59,418 nt of DNA from contig CAYWTI010000247.1 of the NCBI GenBank assembly GCA_964461175.1, forward strand, positions 1 through 59,418, written 5' to 3'. Under the pieces are notes generated by a model. That model was not told the origin of the DNA and did not search any database. It saw only the letters and a program-made list of their open reading frames with translations. Positions 8,811 to 15,885 of this stretch are shown here, in pieces. Made by a program: the position numbers and the translations under genes. The stretch is from an uncultured Actinomycetes bacterium. GTDB taxonomy: Bacteria > Chloroflexota > Dormibacteria > Dormibacterales > Dormibacteraceae. The first letter of the stretch is position 1. Each line of letters begins with the position of its first letter.

Positions 8811-10019
8811 ATGAGCGAGCTCGCAGACCTCGCCCGCACGGCCGGCATGGAGGTCGTGGGCGCCGACGTGCAGCGCCGCTCGACCGTCGATCCCGCGCAC
8901 TTCATAGGTATGGGCAAGGTCGAATCGCTGCGCGATATGAAGCTCGAGGGTGGGTTCGACCTCGTCGTCTGCAACGAGGACCTCAGCCCGCGCCAGCAGC
9001 GCAACCTGGAGCTCACGCTCAAGGCGCGCGTGCTCGACCGGACCGAGATCATCCTCGAGATCTTCGCCCAGCACGCGCGGACCCACGAGGGCCGCCTCCA
9101 GGTCGAGGCGGCGCGCCTCCACCACCTCCTGCCGCGCCTGATCGGCGCCTACGCCTACGACCGCCAGGTCGGAGGCCGGCGTGGGGGAGTGGGCGCCCGC
9201 GGCGGCTTCGGCGAACAGCAGATCGAGGTCGAGAGGCGGCGCATCCGGCGCCGGATCCGCGACCTCGACCGCGAGATCGAGCAGGTGCGGGCGCAGCGCC
9301 ACCAGCAGCGCACCGGCCGGCGCCGCGCCGAGCTGGAGACGGCGGCGATCGTCGGCTACACGAACGCCGGCAAGTCGACGTTGCTCAACGCCCTCACGGG
9401 GGCGGGCGTGCGCGCCGAGCACCGCCTGTTCGCGACGCTCGACCCGACCACGCGCAAGCTCGAGCTGCCCGCCGGCCGCGAGGTGCTTCTCACCGACACC
9501 GTAGGTTTCATCCAGAAGCTGCCGACCGACCTGGTCGCCGCCTTCCGGGCGACTCTGGAAGAGGTGACGGAGTCGGACCTCGTCATCCAGGTCCTGGACG
9601 TCGGCTCGCCGGCCGTGGAAGAGCAGGCGGCCACGGTCGACGGGGTGCTCGCCGACCTCGACGCCGCCGATAAACCGCGCGTGGTCGCGCTGAACAAGGT
9701 CGATCTCCTCGGCCCGGCGTCGCGGCGGCGCGTGATCGCCTCCATGACCGAACGCTACCCGGCCGCGGTCCCGATCTCGGCCGCGCAGCGGACCGGCCTC
9801 GACGAGCTGCTCGCCGCCATCGACCAGGCAAGCCGGGGCGATTCGGTCGCGCTCGAGATCCTGGTGCCCTACGGGCGTGAAGGCGTGCTCGCCGAGCTGC
9901 GCAAGGTCGGAGGCGTCGAGCGCACCGAGTACGTCGAGGCCGGAACGCACGCGTGGGGCTGGGCGCCCCGCTCAGCGGCGGGGCGCTTCCGCAGCTACGT
10001 GACTAGTGGAAAAGCCTGA
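8811..10019 (+). CDS. hflX: GTPase HflX (minimum extent; true start probably near 8724-8727)
   Basis: G-domain IVGYTNAGKSTLLNAL, DTVGFI, NKVD, and an HflX N-domain. The frame is open back to 8646 and encodes ERAFLVGLLLPG, the conserved first strand of HflX, upstream of the first ATG/GTG/TTG at 8811. Confidence 0.92.
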   Translation: MSELADLARTAGMEVVGADVQRRSTVDPAHFIGMGKVESLRDMKLEGGFDLVVCNEDLSPRQQRNLELTLKARVLDRTEIILEIFAQHARTHEGRLQVEAARLHHLLPRLIGAYAYDRQVGGRRGGVGARGGFGEQQIEVERRRIRRRIRDLDREIEQVRAQRHQQRTGRRRAELETAAIVGYTNAGKSTLLNALTGAGVRAEHRLFATLDPTTRKLELPAGREVLLTDTVGFIQKLPTDLVAAFRATLEEVTESDLVIQVLDVGSPAVEEQAATVDGVLADLDAADKPRVVALNKVDLLGPASRRRVIASMTERYPAAVPISAAQRTGLDELLAAIDQASRGDSVALEILVPYGREGVLAELRKVGGVERTEYVEAGTHAWGWAPRSAAGRFRSYVTSGKA

Positions 10020-10617
10020 TCACGCCCCGCACGATGCCGACCAGGCTGACGCTCGAGGTCACGATCGGTTCGTAGGCCGGGTTTTCGGCGATCAGCTTGA
10101 CGTGCCCGTTGGCGCGCTCGAAGCGCTTGACCGTGGCGTCGCCGTCGACCAGCGCGACCACGATGGTGCCGTTGCTCGCCTCGTGCTGCGGCCGGACAAG
10201 GACCATATCGCCGTCCATGATCCCGGCGTTGATCATGCTGTCGCCCCGGACGCGGAGCAGAAAGTAACCGTCCTTGGCCAGGTCCGAGGAGAGGAGGAGG
10301 TGGTCCTCGATGTTCTCCTCGGCCAGGATTGGCGCGCCGGCGGCCACGTTGCCGACGATCGGGACCGAGACGGCGTTGCGGCGCACCTGGTCGAGCTCGA
10401 TGTCAGCCGTCAGCTGGACCGTGCGCGACTTGCTGGGGTCGCGCTTGATCAGGCCGCGGCGCTCGAGCTGGTTCAGGTGGTTGTGCACGGTCGAGCTCGA
10501 GCTGAGGCCGACGGCCTCGCCGATCTCGCGCACGCTCGGCGGGTAGTTGCGAACCTTGGTTACGTAGCGGATGTAGTCGAGGATCCGGGTCTGGCGTTCG
10601 GTCAGTTGCTCAGGCAA
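10003..10617 (-). CDS. lexA: LexA repressor
   Basis: 204 aa. Winged-helix N-terminus (SVREIGEAVGLSSSSTVHNHLNQLERRGLI), cleavage site VAAG, and catalytic GDSM and VKRF. TTG start. The 3' end overlaps the hflX 3' end by 17 bp (convergent). Confidence 0.95.
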   Translation of the reverse strand: MPEQLTERQTRILDYIRYVTKVRNYPPSVREIGEAVGLSSSSTVHNHLNQLERRGLIKRDPSKSRTVQLTADIELDQVRRNAVSVPIVGNVAAGAPILAEENIEDHLLLSSDLAKDGYFLLRVRGDSMINAGIMDGDMVLVRPQHEASNGTIVVALVDGDATVKRFERANGHVKLIAENPAYEPIVTSSVSLVGIVRGVIRLFH

Positions 10618-10684
10618 TTTACGTTCATCTCCAGGTCGTAGTGGGGGACGCTGAGATCACTCTAGCAGTTCGGAAGTCAAAGCG

Positions 10685-10698
10685 CAAACCTTTGTTCG
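10685..10698. promoter_or_regulatory. Degenerate LexA-box-like site in the lexA upstream region
   Basis: caaacctttgttcg differs at one position from the cgaac-N4-gttcg palindrome found twice nearby. It lies upstream of the lexA TTG start. Confidence 0.4.
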
Positions 10699-10705
10699 GT
10701 TAAGG

Positions 10706-10734
10706 TTGACACCGAACGCGCGTTCGTCTATGCT
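10706..10734 (+). promoter_or_regulatory. Sigma-70-type promoter of the LysM gene (TTGACA-17-TATGCT)
   Basis: ttgaca at 10706-10711, a 17-nt spacer, and tatgct at 10729-10734. The ATG at 10744 lies only 9 nt after the -10 element, implying a leaderless or near-leaderless mRNA. Confidence 0.7.
10713..10726. promoter_or_regulatory. LexA operator (SOS box, GAAC-N4-GTTC type)
   Basis: Perfect palindrome cgaacgcgcgttcg located inside the -35/-10 spacer of the LysM promoter, in the lexA-lysM divergent region. Confidence 0.8.
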
Positions 10735-10736
10735 CG

Positions 10737-10750
10737 CGAACGTATGTACG
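10737..10750. promoter_or_regulatory. Second LexA-box-like site overlapping the LysM start codon
   Basis: cgaacgtatgtacg (GAAC-N4-GTAC, one mismatch). It spans ATG 10744-10746. Confidence 0.5.
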
Positions 10751-11055
10751 CCGCAGGCTTTGGGACAACACCTTGGCGGGCACCCCGGGCCGGCGGCTAT
10801 CGGTCCGCGCGGCGGCTGTTGGCGGCAGTCGCCGCCGTCGGACTCCTGGGCGCCGGCTTCGCGCTCGGTGCCCACGGGGGCGCCCCGGCGCGCTCCACGA
10901 CCGTGACGGTGCAGCCCGGCGACACGCTCTGGTCGATCGCTTCCGCGCACTATCCGGGCGATGATGTGCGGGTTCGTGTCCAGGACATCGAGCAGGCCAA
11001 CGGCCTGGCCGGGCCGACGATCGAGGCGGGGCAGGCGCTTAAGCTGCCGGGCTAG
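10744..11055 (+). CDS. Membrane-anchored LysM-domain protein (ChiZ/Rv2719c-like position)
   Basis: 103 aa. N-terminal hydrophobic segment LLAAVAAVGLLGAGFALG, then a LysM motif VQPGDTLWSIASAHY...IEAGQALKLPG. It is divergent from lexA, as in actinobacteria. Confidence 0.8.
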   Translation: MYAAGFGTTPWRAPRAGGYRSARRLLAAVAAVGLLGAGFALGAHGGAPARSTTVTVQPGDTLWSIASAHYPGDDVRVRVQDIEQANGLAGPTIEAGQALKLPG

Positions 11056-11061
11056 CGCCCG

Positions 11062-11298
11062 GTGAAGCTCGTCCTGGTCACCCGCGAGGGCTGCCATCTG
11101 TGCGACCAGGCCCTCGCCGAGCTGCGCGGGCTGGGCCACGAGCCCGAGCTGGCGGACGTCGACGCTGACGAGCGCCTGCACGACCTCTACGACTGGCGCG
11201 TGCCCGTGGTCCTGGTCGACGGCAGGGTCGTGGCCGAGGGGAGGGTGAGCAAAGAGCAGCTCCTGAGGGCGGTGGGACAGGGTCCGAGCCCGGCCTGA
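11062..11298 (+). CDS. Glutaredoxin-like / thioredoxin-fold protein (DUF836-like)
   Basis: 78 aa. VLVTREGCHLCDQA (a CxxC after the first strand) and RVPVVLVDGRVV are typical of small glutaredoxin-family proteins. GTG start lies 6 nt after the LysM stop. Confidence 0.6.
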   Translation: MKLVLVTREGCHLCDQALAELRGLGHEPELADVDADERLHDLYDWRVPVVLVDGRVVAEGRVSKEQLLRAVGQGPSPA

Positions 11299-11359
11299 AT
11301 CGCCTCACGATGGTAACGATAATGGCCCTTTAAAGGACCATAGGCCACGAAGGGATGGC

Positions 11360-11734
11360 TCAGGCCGACCGCTCGAGCGCCGGCTCGGCGTCCAGGCCGC
11401 GCAGGAACATCTCCAGCGGCAGCGCCGCCAGTTCGAAGTCGCTGCGCAGGAGCTCCAGGTCGGCTCCCGCCTGCTGCAGGCCGCGGATCGCCAGCTCGAT
11501 CGTGCGCAGCGCGCCTTCGACGTAGGCGATATACGCGTCGGGCGGCGCCTCCAGCGGGCGCATGCGCGCCTCCCGGCGCCAGGAGTCGCGGACGTCGTCG
11601 GCCAGGCCCTGGAGCCGGTCGACGAGCGCGCCGGCGTGGCGGCGCTCCGACGGCTCGGAGCCAAGCCGATCGTGCGCCTCGGCGAAGGCGCGGATCAGCC
11701 TCCGCAGCTTGACCTGGGTCGCCAGCGTACGCAT
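11360..11734 (-). CDS. Hypothetical helical protein, probable SOS regulon member
   Basis: 124-aa ORF with near-uniform G/C at third positions. I recognise no family. A perfect LexA box and a TAATAT -10 element lie immediately upstream. Confidence 0.55.
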   Translation of the reverse strand: MRTLATQVKLRRLIRAFAEAHDRLGSEPSERRHAGALVDRLQGLADDVRDSWRREARMRPLEAPPDAYIAYVEGALRTIELAIRGLQQAGADLELLRSDFELAALPLEMFLRGLDAEPALERSA

Positions 11735-11745
11735 GTTCGATCAGA

Positions 11746-11767
11746 ATATTACCCGAACGGCCGTTCG
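11746..11767 (-). promoter_or_regulatory. LexA operator plus -10 element upstream of the 124-aa hypothetical gene
   Basis: Perfect palindrome cgaacggccgttcg at 11754-11767. On the minus strand it is followed by gg and TAATAT (11751-11746), then 11 nt to ATG 11734. This implies a near-leaderless, LexA-occluded promoter. Confidence 0.65.
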
Positions 11768-11845
11768 ACGTGCAACCGCCGGCCGGCCCGGGCTGTTAAG
11801 GTCGCTCGGCCCTGAACGTTCCGTCCCGCTTGACCGCGACATCAA

Positions 11846-12451
11846 CTAGGGGGCGAAGATGCGGCAGAGCGAGGCCGCTAGCGAGTCGGCGTCGACCCCC
11901 GGGTGCGTGAGGTAGTAACCGACCGCATCGCTGACCGCCCCCACCACCGCCCGGCCGAAGACGGCCGGGTCCTTGTCGGCGAAGTAGGCGTCGTGGGTCA
12001 ACGCGTGCCGGACCTCCTCGGCGACCGCGTCGGCGAACCTGGCCTGGAGGGCGTGGCGCACCGCCTCGACGCCCTCGCTCAGGCCGACGGATTCGACGAT
12101 CAGGAGGCGGGCCACCTCGGGCCGTTCGAAGCAGGAGCGGACAAAGCGCGTGATGCCGACGCGCAGCCGTTCGTGGTGGTCGTGGCCGGTGGCGGCGTCG
12201 GCCAGGACGTCGTGCATGAGCGCTCCGCCCTCCTGCTCGAGCACGTCACGGAAGCAGTGCTCCTTGGACTCCCAGAACTCGTAGAAGGCCGACTTCGACA
12301 CCCGGGCGCGGGTGACGATCTCATCGACTGACGTCACGGTGTAGCCGCGCGCAGCAAACAGCGCCAGCGCGGCCTCGACGATGCGCCGGCGCCGTTTCTC
12401 GATGCGCGCGTCCCGCCGGAGCTGCGCCGACGGGACGGCCGCCACCTGCAA
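11846..12451 (-). CDS. TetR/AcrR family transcriptional regulator
   Basis: 201 aa. The HTH region RRRIVEAALALFAARGYTVTSVDEIVTRARVSKSAFYEFWESKE is the classic TetR_N signature. It lies 6 nt downstream of the acyl-CoA dehydrogenase. Confidence 0.9.
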   Translation of the reverse strand: MQVAAVPSAQLRRDARIEKRRRRIVEAALALFAARGYTVTSVDEIVTRARVSKSAFYEFWESKEHCFRDVLEQEGGALMHDVLADAATGHDHHERLRVGITRFVRSCFERPEVARLLIVESVGLSEGVEAVRHALQARFADAVAEEVRHALTHDAYFADKDPAVFGRAVVGAVSDAVGYYLTHPGVDADSLAASLCRIFAP

Positions 12452-12457
12452 AAGGTC

Positions 12458-13651
12458 CTAGTTCGCGGCCAGCGCCCGCGAGATGACCAGGCGTTGGATC
12501 TCGCTGGTGCCTTCGAACAGGGTGTAGATCTTGGCGTCGCGGTGCCACTTCTCGACCGGGAAGTCGCGGATGTAGCCGTAGCCGCCGCAGATCTGGATCG
12601 CCTGCTCGGTGACCTTGACCGCGACCTCGCCGGCCTTGAGCTTGGCCATCGAACCCTCGGCGTGCTTGAACTCGCCGCCGCTGCGGCCTTCCCAGAGCGC
12701 GCGCCAGATCAGCGCCCGCGTGGCCTCGATCTCGGTCGCCATATCGGCGAGCATGAAGGCGATAGCCTGGTTCTCGATCAGCGGCCGCCCGAACTGCTTG
12801 CGCTCCTTGGCATACTGCAGCGCGAACTCGAACGCCGCCCGGGCGATGCCGAGCGCCTGTGCGCCCACGATCGGTCGCGACAGCTCGAACGTCTTGAGGG
12901 CGACCGAGGACCGCGAGCTCTTGCCCTCGCGTGCCCGCGCCAGCTTGGCCTCGAGCTTCTCCGTGCCGCCGAGCACGTTCTCGGCCGGGATCGTGCAGTC
13001 CTCGAGGATCACCTCGGCGGTGTGCGAGGCGCGGATGCCCATCTTCTTTTCCTTCTTGCCCTGGCGCAGGCCCTTCGTCCCGGGCGGGACCACGAAGCTG
13101 GCCTGGCCGCGCGTGCCCAGCTCGGGCTCGACCGCGGCGACAACGACGTGGACGTCCGCGATGCCGCCGTTGGTGATGAAGACCTTCTGGCCGTTGATCA
13201 CCCAGTCGCCGTTCTTGCGCACCGCGCGTGTCTTCATCGAGGAGACATCGGAGCCCGCCTCGGGCTCGGTCACGGCGAAGGCGCCGAGCGCCGGCTTGTC
13301 GGCGGTGCCGTAGCAGGCCGGGATCCAGGTCGCGATCTGCTCCGGCGTGCCCTGGGAGAAGATCGCGGCCACGGGCAGGCCGGTGCCCTGGATGGCCAGC
13401 GCGATGCCGGCGCAGCCCCAGGTGAGCTCCTCGGCCACGATCGCCGGCATGATCCCGGTCGTGTCGCCAAACGTCTGCTGCAGGAAGTCGGTGCCGTAGA
13501 GGCCGACCTCGGCCGCCTTGTTGAGCACCGGCCACGGAAACTCCTCGGACTCGTCGTACTGGTGCGCGACCGGCCGGATCTCTTTCTCGGCGAATTGGTG
13601 GACCCAGTCGCGGATCTCCCTCTGCTCGTCGGTCAGCTCGAACGAAATCAT
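12458..13651 (-). CDS. Acyl-CoA dehydrogenase
   Basis: 397 aa. MISFELTDEQREIRDWVHQFAEKEI, AVTEPEAGSD and QICGGYGYIRDFPVEKWHRDAKI are ACAD N, middle and C domain motifs. Confidence 0.93.
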   Translation of the reverse strand: MISFELTDEQREIRDWVHQFAEKEIRPVAHQYDESEEFPWPVLNKAAEVGLYGTDFLQQTFGDTTGIMPAIVAEELTWGCAGIALAIQGTGLPVAAIFSQGTPEQIATWIPACYGTADKPALGAFAVTEPEAGSDVSSMKTRAVRKNGDWVINGQKVFITNGGIADVHVVVAAVEPELGTRGQASFVVPPGTKGLRQGKKEKKMGIRASHTAEVILEDCTIPAENVLGGTEKLEAKLARAREGKSSRSSVALKTFELSRPIVGAQALGIARAAFEFALQYAKERKQFGRPLIENQAIAFMLADMATEIEATRALIWRALWEGRSGGEFKHAEGSMAKLKAGEVAVKVTEQAIQICGGYGYIRDFPVEKWHRDAKIYTLFEGTSEIQRLVISRALAAN

Positions 13652-13686
13652 GGTTCTTTACCGCCCTCCTGGGCCTATAACGCCTT

Positions 13687-13702
13687 GGTACTCGTACGTA
13701 CC
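13687..13702. promoter_or_regulatory. Inverted repeat upstream of the acd-tetR operon (candidate TetR operator)
   Basis: ggtactcgtacgtacc has GGTAC/GTACC arms around a GTAC-rich core, about 40 nt upstream of the acd start. Assignment to the TetR protein is inference only. Confidence 0.3.
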
Positions 13703-13750
13703 GTTTCCGAGCAGAACGCTACGCCGCGCCGATTCCGCGTGTCAACGTCC

Positions 13751-14137
13751 TTAACCCGGGTTCTGAGGCGGGCGAAAGGCCTGGACGGCGAGGCGGTAGG
13801 CGGTGAAGAGGAGGAACGCGCCCCAGACCCGAGCCAGGATCGGGCCCGGGACCTCGACCGCCACCAGCGCCCCGATCACCGCCCCGATCACGCCCCCACC
13901 CCCCATCCACAGCGCCGGCGTGCGCTGGACGTTGCCCTGGCGGATGTGGGTGACGCTGCTGACCAGCGCCGTGGGCACGATGGCGACGAGCGAGGTGCCC
14001 TGCGCCAGCGCCTGCCGAAGCCCGACGCCGACCGTCATCGTGGGCACGAAGAGGGCACCGCCGCCGATGCCGATCGTGCCCGAGAGGAAGCCGGCCCCAA
14101 AGCCGCCGACGATGAGCACGACCTCGCGCCAGCTCAC
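13751..14137 (-). CDS. TauE/SafE (DUF81) permease, C-terminal-half homologue encoded as a separate gene
   Basis: GTG 14137 overlaps the TGA of the upstream half-gene (GTGA). It encodes VSWREVVLIVGGFGAGFLSGTIGIGGGALFVP... plus further TM segments. The part of ORF 13751-14398 upstream of 14137 overlaps the other half in a different frame. Confidence 0.75.
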   Translation of the reverse strand: MSWREVVLIVGGFGAGFLSGTIGIGGGALFVPTMTVGVGLRQALAQGTSLVAIVPTALVSSVTHIRQGNVQRTPALWMGGGGVIGAVIGALVAVEVPGPILARVWGAFLLFTAYRLAVQAFRPPQNPG

Positions 14138-14502
14138 GGGAAGAGAACCTCCTTGACGCCGACGAGCCCAAGGACGATGACCACCGCCAGCTTGAGCTCC
14201 CGGTCGGGGATGTGCTTGAGCAAGCGCGCGCCGATGTAAGCCCCGACGACGCTGCCCGCGATCAGGAAGAACGCGACCCGAAAGTCGATCTCCGGGCTCC
14301 CCTTGCGGAAGTAGTAGATCGGCAGCGCGGCGACGGCGATGGGCAGGATGGCGACGATCGAGTTGGCGTTGGCATAACGCTGCGGCACCTTCGCCCACAG
14401 GACCTGGAGCGGGATGAGCACGAAGCCGCCACCGACGCCCAGGAGCCCGCCGAGCAGGCCGCCCAGGAACCCGATCGTCGCGAAGACGGCGCGGGAGTCT
14501 AG
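14134..14502 (-). CDS. TauE/SafE (DUF81) permease, N-terminal-half homologue (start uncertain; first canonical start GTG 14421)
   Basis: The frame is open well upstream of 14514, with no in-frame stop in the stretch I read, and encodes AVFATIGFLGGLLGGLLGVGGGFVLIPLQ... This is TM1 plus the family G-rich motif, upstream of the first ATG/GTG/TTG. Codon CTA 14502-14500 overlaps the TAG of the upstream small ORF, and an ATC lies at 14514. Confidence 0.65.
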   Translation of the reverse strand, partial: LDSRAVFATIGFLGGLLGGLLGVGGGFVLIPLQVLWAKVPQRYANANSIVAILPIAVAALPIYYFRKGSPEIDFRVAFFLIAGSVVGAYIGARLLKHIPDRELKLAVVIVLGLVGVKEVLFP

Positions 14503-14654
14503 TCGGTGGTCGATCGGACCGGCGTCTCGGGCTGGTTCACGACCACCGAGTGGTGGCGGAACTCGACGCCCGCCGGCCCCCGGTCACCGCCCGGCTGCTT
14601 CGCCTTCTTCGGCTTCTTCTTCTCCCGGCCCTGCTTGTCGCGGCCCTTACCCAT
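14499..14654 (-). CDS. Small Lys-rich protein (51 aa), below the ORF-track length cutoff
   Basis: ATG 14654 overlaps the TIGR00300 stop (ATGGGTAA). It encodes MGKGRDKQGREKKKPKKAKQPGGDRGPAGVEFRHHSVVVNQPETPVRSTTD. Third positions are almost all G/C, like genuine genes here. It fills an otherwise unexplained gap of about 130 nt. Confidence 0.45.
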   Translation of the reverse strand: MGKGRDKQGREKKKPKKAKQPGGDRGPAGVEFRHHSVVVNQPETPVRSTTD

Positions 14655-15885
14655 GGCGACCAGTTTCCACGACAGCGGCCAGTTCGCGCAAGAACGACTC
14701 GACGTCGGTGACGAGGCCGATCGACTGCCAGCTGCCGCGATCGGCCAGCTTCGTCACCACGGCGGGGTTGATGTCGACGCAGACGGTGCGCACGCCGGCG
14801 GGCAGCATGTTGCCTGTGGCGATGGAGTGCAGCATCGTCGAAAGCATCAACGCCACCCGCACGCCGCGCACGGCGGCGCGCATGCGGCGCTGGGCTTCGA
14901 TCATCTCGCTGATCACGTCCGGGAGCGGGCCGTCGTCGCGCACGGAACCGGCGAGCACGATCTCGACGCCGTGGTCGATCGCCGACTTCATCACCCCGCC
15001 CTTGAGCTGGCCGCTCTCAACCATCTGGCGCAGACCGCCCGCCGCGCGCACGCGGTTGATCGCCCGCATGTGGTGCTCGTGGCCGTGCTCGATGGCCACG
15101 CCGCTCTCGATGTTGACGCCCAGCGCCGTGCCGAAGAGCTGCGACTCCACGTCGTGGACCGCGAGCGCGTTGCCGGCGAACAGCACCTGGACGTAACCGA
15201 GCTCGATCAGGCGCGAGAGGTAGACGCCGGCGCCCGTGTGCACGACCGCCGGCCCGGCGACGACGAGGATCCTGCCTCCCGCCTCGCGCGCGTGCCTCAT
15301 CTCCTCGGCGATCCCGCCGATGAGCACCTTCTTCGGTTTCTCGGCCGAAACCTCGCTGCCCATGAACGTGAAGATCTCCGTCTGGCGCGAGCGCTCCAGC
15401 GGGGTGACGCGCACGCCGTGGTGGCCGATCACGACGTCCATCCCGGGCACTGCGTCCTGGAAGACGATGCACCACGCGCGCTTGGCCTTGCGGTCGACCG
15501 CGATCGCGGTGTCCATCTCCATGTTCTCGACGGGCACCCACCTGCTGTCCAGCAGCACCTCGGTCGGCAGGTTGCTGGTCGAGTAGAAGCCCTCGGGGAA
15601 GACCCCTTCATGCACCACCTTGTCCGTGCGCACCGGCTGCTCGTGCTCGGCGGTGGCGCCCAGTGCGCGGGCGCGCTGGACGATGCGGTCGAGCTGGTCG
15701 GCGGTCTCGGCGTAGACCTCCATCCGGCACAGCGAGGTGTCGGTCTTGTGCTGGCCGACGGTCAGCTCCTCGATCGTGAAGTTGCCGCCGAGGTCCATGA
15801 CGATGTCCATGACCTGCGGCAGCATCATCGAGTCGATGATGTGGCCCTTCAGCACGAGGCGCGCCCGGTGCCGCCCCTCGCTCAC
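14647..15885 (-). CDS. TIGR00300 / LOR-SDH-domain family protein (putative ornithine cyclodeaminase-like, ArgZ/AgrE C-domain type)
   Basis: 412 aa from GTG 15885, which overlaps the pyrF TGA (GTGA). LVLKGHIIDSMMLPQVMDIVMDLGG..., FMGSEVSAEKPKK and VVAGPAVVHTGAG...LFAGNALAVHD match my recollection of this family. Function is inferred from the family only. Confidence 0.7.
   Translation of the reverse strand: MSEGRHRARLVLKGHIIDSMMLPQVMDIVMDLGGNFTIEELTVGQHKTDTSLCRMEVYAETADQLDRIVQRARALGATAEHEQPVRTDKVVHEGVFPEGFYSTSNLPTEVLLDSRWVPVENMEMDTAIAVDRKAKRAWCIVFQDAVPGMDVVIGHHGVRVTPLERSRQTEIFTFMGSEVSAEKPKKVLIGGIAEEMRHAREAGGRILVVAGPAVVHTGAGVYLSRLIELGYVQVLFAGNALAVHDVESQLFGTALGVNIESGVAIEHGHEHHMRAINRVRAAGGLRQMVESGQLKGGVMKSAIDHGVEIVLAGSVRDDGPLPDVISEMIEAQRRMRAAVRGVRVALMLSTMLHSIATGNMLPAGVRTVCVDINPAVVTKLADRGSWQSIGLVTDVESFLRELAAVVETGRHG

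Noticed and set aside
11322-11341. A 20-nt near-palindrome atggccctttaaaggaccat in an AT-richer gap between the convergent glutaredoxin-like and hypothetical genes.
   Set aside because: It has one mismatch and no loop or T-tract. It could be a weak bidirectional terminator or a protein-binding site, but a single occurrence in the window supports neither.
11814-11821. gaacgttc, which looks like LexA half-sites.
   Set aside because: The half-sites are directly abutted with no 4-nt spacer, unlike the three GAAC-N4-GTTC-type sites nearby. It lies at the 3' end of tetR rather than at a promoter.
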